Below are positions 1 through 9,313 of a stretch of 64,000 nt of DNA, piece after piece (the first letter of the stretch is position 1; each line of letters starts with the position of its first letter). Source of the stretch: a virus; the IMG/VR virus record IMGVR_UViG_3300045988_131786, positions 86,055-150,054 of that record; one strand, 5' to 3'. Under the pieces are notes generated by a model that saw only the letters and a list, made by a program, of their open reading frames with translations, was not told where the DNA came from and made no database searches. The translations under genes were made by a program, and so were the position numbers.

Positions 1-971
1 AAGAAGTTACCATTGAATCAAAAGATACAAAACTTACTGGTTTAACGGGTGCGGCAGCCGCAGAAGGATTTACCATCACAGGTCATAATTCTGATGGTGG
101 CGACACTACAGCCGCAACTATTAATCCACAAATTAAAGTAGGTAAAACTACACAACCAATAGCAAAATTTGTTGATGGTACTGCTACATTAGACGTATAT
201 AGTACTAAAGACATTGACGATAAGATGAAAGCTCTTAACGCAATGGTTTACAAAGGTACTCTTGGTAAAGCAGGTACAGTAGAAACATTACCTACAACTA
301 ATATTTGCGTTGGTGATACTTATCTTGCTGCTGAAGATGTTACAATTAATGAACATACTGTACATGCTGGTTCTCTTGTAATCGCTAGAGGTACTGAAGA
401 TGCTTCTGGATTTATTACAACTGATACATTAGTATGGGATATCGTTGAAAGTACTCAAGATACTGATACACAGTATAGTTTCCAAGCTATTGAAGGTGGT
501 ATTAAATTACATGGCACCGCAGGTGGAGATACTGGACAGTTAGTAGTTGAAGGAGGCACTGATGTATCTGTAGCTACAGCTAATAGTGATGCATCAGCTA
601 ATCAGACATTAACTGTAAACCATAAAGCTGTTACAAGAACCGATAGTGCTGATGCGGCCTTAGACCAAATCAAAAACGGAGAGACACCAATAACAGTAAT
701 AACTGGTGTAACAACTAGCGAAACAGGACATGTTACTGGTGTTAAAACTCAAAAAATAACACTTCAAGATAGTAATACAACACTTACATCTGTTAGTAAT
801 GCAGTTGCAGCCACAGGTAATATTGCAACTGTTACTTCTACAGTAAAAGGTACTTTAGGTACTGGTGCTGAGACTAGCGCTGCAGGTACTTTTAAAGTAG
901 CCAGTACTTCTATGACTGTGACTGGTTCAAATAGCCAAGTAAATATTGATTTAACTTGGGGCACTTTCTAA
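1..971 (+). CDS. 3' part of a Thr/Gly/Ser-rich structural (fibre- or decoration-like) protein. The reading frame is open from the window start, so the 5' end is missing.
   Basis: Frame 3 has no stop from position 3 to 969. The composition (TGxxT repeats, V/T-rich strands) is typical of phage fibre or Ig-like structural proteins. A terminator follows directly. Confidence 0.55.
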   Translation, partial: EVTIESKDTKLTGLTGAAAAEGFTITGHNSDGGDTTAATINPQIKVGKTTQPIAKFVDGTATLDVYSTKDIDDKMKALNAMVYKGTLGKAGTVETLPTTNICVGDTYLAAEDVTINEHTVHAGSLVIARGTEDASGFITTDTLVWDIVESTQDTDTQYSFQAIEGGIKLHGTAGGDTGQLVVEGGTDVSVATANSDASANQTLTVNHKAVTRTDSADAALDQIKNGETPITVITGVTTSETGHVTGVKTQKITLQDSNTTLTSVSNAVAATGNIATVTSTVKGTLGTGAETSAAGTFKVASTSMTVTGSNSQVNIDLTWGTF

Positions 972-1002
972 TAATTGATTAAAAATAACTTTTAATTCTA
1001 TT

Positions 1003-1047
1003 AGAGAGATTGGAACGGAAGAGAAATGTTTGTTTCATTTCTCTTCC
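1003..1047 (+). terminator. Rho-independent terminator
   Basis: Stem aacggaagagaaatg / catttctcttccgtt is followed by a T-run (ttttttt). The ORF-track start at 1026 lies inside this hairpin and is therefore unlikely to be real. Confidence 0.6.
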
Positions 1048-1088
1048 GTTTTTTTACTTTATATAAAAAGATAGAAAGGAGATACCGC

Positions 1089-4000
1089 ATGAATCCAAGT
1101 TTTAGACCTATACGTGGTACAGAAGAAAAACTTCTAAGTACACCATATCAAGAAGGTTATATATATTTCGCTGTTGACACCGGTAATATCTACATGGATG
1201 CCAATGGTCAAGCTAAAATACCGCTTGGAGGCAGAGGAGCCGCAGTACTATATTCTAAAGTTAAAGGCGCTCAAAATGCTGGTGATGATAATTATACTCT
1301 TTATCAGGATGGTTTAGAAGACCCGAGCCAAACTGTTAGAGAAGGTGATTTAATTATTAATACTGCTGATGGAGCTTTTTATAAAGTTCTTGAACTTAAT
1401 CCAGTAGAAGAAGCAATTATTTGCGCGAGAATCGCTGTAAGTGGCTCTGGTGGTGGTGGCGGAACTGGTGGAGATACTGGTCCGACAATTCGAAGAGGTC
1501 GTTTAACAGTAACTAATGATGGCGAATCAGATATTCTTAATGGTTCACCTTGTACTTTTACTATTACAACAACTTCCGCTACGCAAACTGTTGAAGGAAA
1601 ATTAGAGCCGATTGATGATGAATTACAATTAGCTATTAAATTTATACTAACTGAATCAAATCAAGTTTTTTATACAGAAACTTTAACTGTTAAGCATGGC
1701 CAAACATTCACTTATAATGTAGGAGAGCATTTAAGAACCTCTTCAGATATTACTATTGACTTTAAATTATCAGGTAGTTCAACAAACTCCTTTTATAATA
1801 GTGGACAGCTACAAAGACGAGTTAAAACTCATGAATTAAGTATTGAATGGGTAGCTAGTCAGTTTAGTAATATGAAATACTTTACTGATTCTATTAATAC
1901 CTCAATTCGTTTTTCTACTGGTGCTAGACGTATTCTTGATGTTTATTTTGATGATGCATTAATTTATACAAAAATTTATTCCGCGGAAGCATCAGATGCA
2001 AACGCCGCACCTATTATTACCAGAAATTCTACTATTTATAATTTAGATGGAACTTCTACTGGTAATACTCTTAGTGCAGCTTATTCTCATGGTAGACATA
2101 CCATTAGTGCTAGATTAAGTTTAGCTAAAGCTGATGGTAGCCGTGGTAGTAGCACTAATTTAATCAAAAAAGAAGTAGCTCTTTATCTTGATGAGGGATA
2201 TCCTCTTATTTGGTTTGGTGATATGGAATCTGTTTATTATGAATATGATACTCCATTAGTACCAATTCGTGTATATGATCCACACGCTGGAGCGGCTGGC
2301 GCAGAAGTATATTTATATATTGATGGTTCAGATGCTTTAGATGGTTCTTGCTATACAATTTCTAATGATGCTTCTAATTACTTATATTGGACTCTTACAA
2401 AACTTGCGGCAGGTCAAACAACTATTTATCAAGTTCGTGTAGGAGAAGATAAATATGAAACTTGGGAAACTGTTCCAGAGTTTGAAGTATTAGAAGACCC
2501 AAGAAAGATGGATGTCGCTAGAAGTTCTTTAATTGTTGATTTCGACTCAAGAGGACGTTCTAATTCAGAAGTTGCTCAAAGACGTTCACAATTAAAAATT
2601 GGTGATTCTTATGCTACTTTATCAGGATTTAACTGGTATAATAATGGTTGGGTTATGGATAGCAATAATGTAACCTGTTTAAGAATCAGTAATGGTGCAA
2701 GTGTATCATTACCAATAGGTTCTATGTCATTTGCGGGAAATATAGCTTCTCATACTATTGAGATGAGATTGAAAATTCGTAATGTTCAATCTTATGATAA
2801 ACTTATTACTAATTATACTCGTTATCAAGTAATTAGTGATCCAGATAAATTATCTAGTCCTGATATTGATAGAAGCTGGACTGATGATGTTGTTTTTGCA
2901 GAATTCTTAGCTCAAAAAGCTACAGGGCTTGCAAGTTATGATGCTTATCTGACAAAGAGATTACCAGAATTAAGAGAGCAAAATCCAACAATTCCTACTT
3001 ATGAAGATTTGGAATTTAGTCGTTTACATCGTACATATGACCTTGCTTCTGCAATGGTTAAATATATCGAAAATGAATCTAGCCCTCAAACTGAAGCTGC
3101 AATTTGTCTTGGACCACAAGATGGTTATTTTTCTAATGGAACAAATGCTGTAACAGTAGATTATGTAGAAGATAAAGTTATTAACTTAACTATCGTTTAT
3201 GATAATGGTACTGGTACAAGTAATTTAGGAAATAATAAATTAATGAAATTCTATCTGAATGGTATGTTAACTAGCGTTGCTCGTTCTCAATCCGCAGGTA
3301 GCTGGTCAATTGGAGCTAAAAATCTTATTATTAGTTCTGGTGGATGTGATGTTGACCTTTATAAATTTAGAGTTTATAATCGTGCATTAGGACTTAATGA
3401 AGTTCTTAAAAACATTGCATATGATGATACAGATACAACAGCATGGGATTTAGCTGAGCTTTATGTAGCTAATGAATCTATTGGCGAGGATTACCAATTT
3501 TCTTACAATAAGATGATTGAGTATAATAAAAATCATCCAGATGGTTATATTATGCCTTATATTATCTTTACTACTGATGATACAGATAACTCTACTGGTG
3601 GTAAATTACCTTGGAGAAAAGATACACCTGTAACTGCGGGAATTGAATTTGTTAATACTGGGCTTGAAAGAGCTTATGATAACGGTGATTTAGCCGCAGA
3701 GGCAAAAGCCGCAGGAGTAGAAATTGAAGATTACTATTTACATCATTGTCCTTCTTGGATTTCTGAAGGTGCAACGTTAAGTGTTCAAGGTACTTCTTCT
3801 GAGTTTTATCCACGTCGTAATTACAAAGGTAAGACAAAAGTTAATGTACCACACGTAGATGAAAATGGTGGTACTTCCACTGATGAATTCGGTGATGTAA
3901 GAACAGATACTGTTTATACTATGAAATGTCATAAAGGACCTTTCAAAAAGAAATATGATGCTGGCGAAGCAAAACCTCAAAAATTCTTCTATTATGATAA

Positions 4001-7000
4001 TAATACAGTAGGTACTAATAAATTTACTTTAAAAGTAGATTATATGGAATCTTCTGGTACTTATAATATGGGTCTTGCGAATTTAGTCAATACAGCTTAT
4101 TCACATCATCCATTAAGAGATTATAATAGTGCAGAAGCTTTTGTTACTGGAACCGCAGGAAAAGAAACTCTTATTTCAGCATATCCTGCTAATGGATTAT
4201 GTTGGTACAGAAACCATAAAGGTAATTGGAAATGTGCATCAACTGGCGACGCTAGTAGAGATGAACAATTAATTACTACTCCTTATGGTGATGTATTAGG
4301 AGATATTTCTTGTACAAGTGCCGCAGATTTTGCTAAAGGACCATGGCAATTAGCTAAAGAGCAAGGACAAACTAAAGTTCTTGGTGGAACTAAGAAAACT
4401 TTACCAAATTCATTAGATGACATTGATACTATTACTAATAATATTAATCAAACTAGTGAAAACGGTACTTATGATGACCTTAAAGGTTATATTAACAAAT
4501 GGTATTCATATGTTCCAGGTACATTATCTCCTATCACTGTAGGTAATTTAAGTGACTATAGAACTTCTGTTCAAGGATTCCCTACTTTAGCATTCTGGCA
4601 GACAAAAACTGGAAAAGAAAATAAACAAGAACCATTATTTATTGGACGTTATAATATGTTACTTGATAAAGGTTCTGCTGAAGCATATGGATTTAAACTT
4701 GGTGGAAGTTATAAACAAGCTTTTATTGAAGGTAATCCATCAGTAGCTGATGTCGCTGAATGTTGGGAATTTGAAAACAACTCTCGTGGTTATTGTTCAT
4801 TTAGAGACCCATGGAGTCGTAAGGAACTTTCCTTTAAAGCTCCAGTAGGAGAAAGTAATGAATTTACCGCAAAAGGCGCACCTATTGTTGCCGACTATTT
4901 TGAATATAGATATAATGCTAATGATGATTATATTGATATGCTTTATAGTATGAATGCTTCTTTTGAAAATACTAATACTATAAAGAAATTACAAAAACAG
5001 TTTGGCGCAGACCAAATTACTGATATTGCTTCTGGTCGTAAAAAATTACTTGATTTATATAGTAATTGGGAAAGAGCAGTAGCATGGGTATGGTCAACTG
5101 CAACAGATGCTGTAATTGATGGAAAAGCTGTTCCTACTCTTGGTTCTTATAATAAAATTGAATTAGCAGAATATGTTTTTACTCCAAATAAATTTTATAT
5201 TGAGGATGAACAAGGCGGATATAAATTTGCTACTGAATATAAAACTGGTATTTCTTATTACTTAATGAATAATGATAAACAATACTATGGTGTTACAGTA
5301 ACAAATGAAGCTAATAAGGTATATGTAGCTAATAAATATTATACTTTAGAGAATGATAGCTATGTTCTTGCTGAGGGAACATATGATTCTAGTGAAGCAT
5401 ATTATGAATTAGTACAAGATACAAGTAAAATTGATGAGTTTTGGAAGCTTCCAGCGCCAGTAACTTATGGAATAACAACTTATGAATATGATACACAAGA
5501 ATATCGTTTAGCTAAGTTTAAAAATGAGGTTGAAGATCACTTTAATCTTGAATACTTAGTAACATATTTTGTAATTACTGAAGTTCTTGAATGTTATGAT
5601 TCTCGTGGAAAGAATGCAATGTTTGCTTCTTGGGGTCCTCAAAAGGCTAAAGGAGATTATATCTGGTATCCAATTTTCTACGATATGGATACACAGTTAG
5701 GTATCAACAATACTGGTATTCCTTCTTTTGAATATAACATTGATGCTACTGAAGATGGAACATTCTCTACTAATGATAGTGTTCTGTGGAATAATTTGTA
5801 TGCGCTGTTTAAAAATCTGATTACAGATAAATATGAGCAGTTAACAGGAGTTCCTAGTGATTATTTTGGTGGAACACTTGCAAATCCTCCATTTGTTAAC
5901 GTAGAAACTATTCAAAGTTGGTATACATGTGACCCTAAATATATTAAGAGTTATTCTGTAAAAGGAGTTAGACCTTTACTTGCTCTTAATCTTGATGAGC
6001 AATATAAATATATCTCTATTACTAATGGTAAAGTCGGTTATCAATATCAAAATGGTGAAATAACCCAAGATACAAGTAACACTTATTTCTATGCTTTACA
6101 AGGTGATAGAAAATTATCTAATAATCAGTTCTTAACAAACCGTTTGAATTATATTGATTCATGGTTGGCTGTAGGAAACTACAAGCGTGGCGGCGCAAAT
6201 AGAATTCGTTCTCGTGTATCCGCAAATAATGCACAAAATACATCAGATAAATGGATTGAGGGTACTTCTACTAATGGTGCTAGTGGTCTTATCATTAATA
6301 CACCTTATTATAAAGAAGACGGAAAAACTAAAACTCATTTATTCGATGGTGAATATTGGATTACAATGACACCTGTTCGTAATATGTATGTAACTGTTGG
6401 TACTGATGCGGCAAATTTCCCATCTCTGAAATATTCTGGTACTCCTGTACGTTTTGAAACTTCGGACTTGGAAAAAGGTGTACGCGAAAGTGGTAACTAT
6501 CGTGAGCAGTTATATTATATTTATGGACTTGACCAAATGAAATCACTTGGAGATTTAAGTAGATTATATTTCCAAGAGTTTGAACTTTCTGGTAAAGCTT
6601 CTAAGATGGTAGATTTACTTCTTGGATATGATGGAACTGATGAAGAAGGAAGTCAATATAAAAATAGTGGCGTAAATGATTGGACAATCCCAGCTGCTGC
6701 AGGTACTATTACTGGTGGTATGCCATTATTAAGAGAGGTTAATTTAAGTAATATTACTTTTAAAAACCAAACTCCTACATTTGATTTTTCAAGTTGTGAA
6801 AAACTTGAGAATTTCCGTGATATTGGTTCAAACATTACTCAAGTTACTTTTGCTGATGGTGTTGCTTTAAATACTTTGTATTTATCTGATTCTACAGTAA
6901 ACTTAAAACTTGTTGAAGCTAGATTACTTACTGATTTAGTAACTGATGAAAAAGCTCCAATTACTAGAAAGAAAGACAATACACTTACAGCTAAACCTGG

Positions 7001-8972
7001 TTTATTTATTGATGGTTTAACAAATAATAAGCAACAAACTAAACTTATTACTTTTGATATCCAAGGTGGTAATTTAGGTTATAATAGTTATAAACTATTA
7101 AAACTTTATATTGACGCCGCAAGTCATACAGATGCAAATGCAACTCGTAGTATTAATCTTACTGATGTTCAGTGGAGTCCATATGTTAAAGTTACTGATT
7201 CAGATTTAGGATTTAGTAATACTGCTAAATATTTTAAGGATGATGGACATTTCGGATTAGTTGCATTTACTAGAGATAATTATGATGAAGTAGGTTTCTC
7301 TGGATGGTCTCAATTAATCAAAAATGAAATGATTTATGAATATACACCAACCGCAATAAATGGTATCACTTTAGATGAAGTTAATGGTGTAACGAATATT
7401 ACAGATACAGCTCTTTTTGAAGAACTTGTAAGTAATGTTCATTATCTTAGCACTGCAGAATCTAATAATGAAGTTCCAAATATTACAGGTTATGTATATA
7501 TTAATAATGAAACTGCTGTTGATGAAGGAACAATTCAAACTAAGTTAGCAAGTAAATTCCCTGGTTTAACTTTCTTCTTTAATAAAGTTGACAAAGGATA
7601 TGCGGCTAGATTTGTTATTCTTGAAAATGGTGTAGAGACATTAATTGGAACTGATAAGATTAGTAAGCAAAACTTTAATACTTTCTTTACTAATCCATTA
7701 GAAAGAACAGAGACTGCATTTAGTCCAAGCAGAATTAATGCTTTAAGACCTACTAAAGACTTCTTAGGTTGGAGTACAACTAATGACAGAAATGGCTTAG
7801 TTGAAACATATGATGAAGTTGCTACTGGTCTTGGACTACCTGTAACTCATACATGGAAAGACTTGAAGCTAGAAAAAGATAAATATGATTATACTTTCTA
7901 TGCAGTGTTTGAAGACCACCACTGGAATATTTCATTCTATATGGTTGAAGCTGACGGAAATTATACTCCAATTACAAAAGATACTTACTCTTATGTTGGC
8001 GGACAAGTTGTAGTAAATAAAGTTCCAATTTCTTATAAGGCGGTTCATGGTACTACTTTACATGACCCTGGCGTTAATGTAGTTCGTAGTGATGAAGTTA
8101 ATTTGGCTAAAGACCAACGTTATAGATTCATTGGCTTTACAAGAAAAGTAAATGGTAAAAATGTTTATTCTGCGGAAAATGCAGTTAATGTAGTAGATTT
8201 TTCTAAAATAGTTGCAACTGCAAATACAAGTTTTTATGCGGCATTTGTAGAAGAAAGTGTTTATGATAAAGTCACTGACGATAAATATTTTGACTATGTA
8301 GATATACGAATGGATGGAGCTTCTGGATATAGACTTGAACTTAAATCTAAATATCGTAATGCTGGATTCGGAGGTAAAATTACTTTACCAGTAGAATACA
8401 ACGAAAAGCCTATCCTTCAAATTAGCGGATTTGGTGGTAGAGATTCTAACCATACAAATATTACTCATGTATTCTTTAAAGGAACACCAAAGGTTAAATC
8501 TATCGCAGCAAATTGCTTCCAAAATTGTAACCAATTAAAATATTTCCAATATCCAGATACTATAACTGAATTAGGAGCATATTGTTTCCAACTTACAAAT
8601 TCACTTGAAGCTTTTAGACTTAATAAAGGTTTAAAAACTATTGGCGATAATGCTTTAAACCAAGCATTTGAAGAATCATCTGCTCCTTATGAATTATATA
8701 TTCCAGGTACAGTTAGTCAACTTAATCAAAGTGGTCTTTCTTACTTAAAGAGTAATATTACATCTATTGTTATTGGTGGTCCTGGAGATGGAACTAACTT
8801 AAAAACTCTTAGTACTAATGCTTTATCTCAGAACCATAAAGCAAGTAGTATGACTGTTTACTCTAATGGTCCACTTGAATCTTCATTCAAGACATTGTTG
8901 GAGGCAGCTTCTACAGATCCTTTAACAGGATTTATTAAACCTAACGTAACTATTAACTATGTAAATGCATGA
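1089..8972 (+). CDS. Giant tail, host-recognition or adhesin protein of about 2,627 aa. It has an N-terminal tail-fibre-like motif, an internal concanavalin/LamG-like segment and a C-terminal BspA-type leucine-rich-repeat region.
   Basis: ATG at 1089 is preceded by AAAGGAGAT. The N-terminus has YFAVDTGNIYMDANGQAKIPLGG. A LamG-like stretch KFYLNGMLTSVARSQSAGSWSIGAKNLIISSGG...DLYKFRVYNRALG lies around 3230 to 3400. The C-terminus has repeated xxCFxxCxxLxxIxxP/GxxVxxIGxxAFxxxxxL units (FKGTPKVKSIAANCFQNCNQLKYFQYPDTITELGAYCFQLTNSLEAF...), typical of BspA-like LRRs. Confidence 0.7.
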   Translation: MNPSFRPIRGTEEKLLSTPYQEGYIYFAVDTGNIYMDANGQAKIPLGGRGAAVLYSKVKGAQNAGDDNYTLYQDGLEDPSQTVREGDLIINTADGAFYKVLELNPVEEAIICARIAVSGSGGGGGTGGDTGPTIRRGRLTVTNDGESDILNGSPCTFTITTTSATQTVEGKLEPIDDELQLAIKFILTESNQVFYTETLTVKHGQTFTYNVGEHLRTSSDITIDFKLSGSSTNSFYNSGQLQRRVKTHELSIEWVASQFSNMKYFTDSINTSIRFSTGARRILDVYFDDALIYTKIYSAEASDANAAPIITRNSTIYNLDGTSTGNTLSAAYSHGRHTISARLSLAKADGSRGSSTNLIKKEVALYLDEGYPLIWFGDMESVYYEYDTPLVPIRVYDPHAGAAGAEVYLYIDGSDALDGSCYTISNDASNYLYWTLTKLAAGQTTIYQVRVGEDKYETWETVPEFEVLEDPRKMDVARSSLIVDFDSRGRSNSEVAQRRSQLKIGDSYATLSGFNWYNNGWVMDSNNVTCLRISNGASVSLPIGSMSFAGNIASHTIEMRLKIRNVQSYDKLITNYTRYQVISDPDKLSSPDIDRSWTDDVVFAEFLAQKATGLASYDAYLTKRLPELREQNPTIPTYEDLEFSRLHRTYDLASAMVKYIENESSPQTEAAICLGPQDGYFSNGTNAVTVDYVEDKVINLTIVYDNGTGTSNLGNNKLMKFYLNGMLTSVARSQSAGSWSIGAKNLIISSGGCDVDLYKFRVYNRALGLNEVLKNIAYDDTDTTAWDLAELYVANESIGEDYQFSYNKMIEYNKNHPDGYIMPYIIFTTDDTDNSTGGKLPWRKDTPVTAGIEFVNTGLERAYDNGDLAAEAKAAGVEIEDYYLHHCPSWISEGATLSVQGTSSEFYPRRNYKGKTKVNVPHVDENGGTSTDEFGDVRTDTVYTMKCHKGPFKKKYDAGEAKPQKFFYYDNNTVGTNKFTLKVDYMESSGTYNMGLANLVNTAYSHHPLRDYNSAEAFVTGTAGKETLISAYPANGLCWYRNHKGNWKCASTGDASRDEQLITTPYGDVLGDISCTSAADFAKGPWQLAKEQGQTKVLGGTKKTLPNSLDDIDTITNNINQTSENGTYDDLKGYINKWYSYVPGTLSPITVGNLSDYRTSVQGFPTLAFWQTKTGKENKQEPLFIGRYNMLLDKGSAEAYGFKLGGSYKQAFIEGNPSVADVAECWEFENNSRGYCSFRDPWSRKELSFKAPVGESNEFTAKGAPIVADYFEYRYNANDDYIDMLYSMNASFENTNTIKKLQKQFGADQITDIASGRKKLLDLYSNWERAVAWVWSTATDAVIDGKAVPTLGSYNKIELAEYVFTPNKFYIEDEQGGYKFATEYKTGISYYLMNNDKQYYGVTVTNEANKVYVANKYYTLENDSYVLAEGTYDSSEAYYELVQDTSKIDEFWKLPAPVTYGITTYEYDTQEYRLAKFKNEVEDHFNLEYLVTYFVITEVLECYDSRGKNAMFASWGPQKAKGDYIWYPIFYDMDTQLGINNTGIPSFEYNIDATEDGTFSTNDSVLWNNLYALFKNLITDKYEQLTGVPSDYFGGTLANPPFVNVETIQSWYTCDPKYIKSYSVKGVRPLLALNLDEQYKYISITNGKVGYQYQNGEITQDTSNTYFYALQGDRKLSNNQFLTNRLNYIDSWLAVGNYKRGGANRIRSRVSANNAQNTSDKWIEGTSTNGASGLIINTPYYKEDGKTKTHLFDGEYWITMTPVRNMYVTVGTDAANFPSLKYSGTPVRFETSDLEKGVRESGNYREQLYYIYGLDQMKSLGDLSRLYFQEFELSGKASKMVDLLLGYDGTDEEGSQYKNSGVNDWTIPAAAGTITGGMPLLREVNLSNITFKNQTPTFDFSSCEKLENFRDIGSNITQVTFADGVALNTLYLSDSTVNLKLVEARLLTDLVTDEKAPITRKKDNTLTAKPGLFIDGLTNNKQQTKLITFDIQGGNLGYNSYKLLKLYIDAASHTDANATRSINLTDVQWSPYVKVTDSDLGFSNTAKYFKDDGHFGLVAFTRDNYDEVGFSGWSQLIKNEMIYEYTPTAINGITLDEVNGVTNITDTALFEELVSNVHYLSTAESNNEVPNITGYVYINNETAVDEGTIQTKLASKFPGLTFFFNKVDKGYAARFVILENGVETLIGTDKISKQNFNTFFTNPLERTETAFSPSRINALRPTKDFLGWSTTNDRNGLVETYDEVATGLGLPVTHTWKDLKLEKDKYDYTFYAVFEDHHWNISFYMVEADGNYTPITKDTYSYVGGQVVVNKVPISYKAVHGTTLHDPGVNVVRSDEVNLAKDQRYRFIGFTRKVNGKNVYSAENAVNVVDFSKIVATANTSFYAAFVEESVYDKVTDDKYFDYVDIRMDGASGYRLELKSKYRNAGFGGKITLPVEYNEKPILQISGFGGRDSNHTNITHVFFKGTPKVKSIAANCFQNCNQLKYFQYPDTITELGAYCFQLTNSLEAFRLNKGLKTIGDNALNQAFEESSAPYELYIPGTVSQLNQSGLSYLKSNITSIVIGGPGDGTNLKTLSTNALSQNHKASSMTVYSNGPLESSFKTLLEAASTDPLTGFIKPNVTINYVNA

Positions 8973-8987
8973 TAACGGAGGCTTAAC

Positions 8988-9200
8988 ATGACAAAGGTTA
9001 AATTATATGTCTATCTGGGGACCAATGGAACCATTGAGTCTCCGGTCCATTTGGAAGATATATTTTACACTACTCGTTATCGTCTTGTAGCAGACAACAA
9101 CAAAGTTCTTACTAAAGATGGTAAGAACTTTGTCGGTTCTACAACTGTTCCAGAAGATGAAGTTGATGAGTGGAAAGAAGTTCCAGCTGGACAAAAATAA
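8988..9200 (+). CDS. Small hypothetical protein (70 aa)
   Basis: ORF with GGAGG 8 nt upstream of the ATG. It sits between structural genes. Confidence 0.4.
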   Translation: MTKVKLYVYLGTNGTIESPVHLEDIFYTTRYRLVADNNKVLTKDGKNFVGSTTVPEDEVDEWKEVPAGQK

Positions 9201-9313
9201 TTATAAATAATAATTTATCTTTCAGAATATTGTGAAAGAAAATACAAGCGGTTTCTGATTGTGCTTCGCGCCAATCGGGAGCCGCAATAATATAGAAAGG
9301 ATTGGGCATTTAG

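Noticed and set aside
764-964. Antisense 66-aa ORF inside the first structural gene
   Set aside because: It is fully contained within a well-supported coding region on the opposite strand and has no RBS. It is a frame artefact.
1026-1088. ORF-track start at 1026 for the giant gene
   Set aside because: The first 60 nt lie inside the rho-independent terminator hairpin of the upstream gene. A good RBS (AAAGGAGAT) precedes the ATG at 1089, so 1089 is used as the start.
3652-6835. Several 60 to 67-aa ORFs on either strand inside the giant tail protein gene
   Set aside because: They are embedded in the 7.9-kb coding sequence and have low-complexity translations, typical of spurious ORFs in AT-rich DNA.
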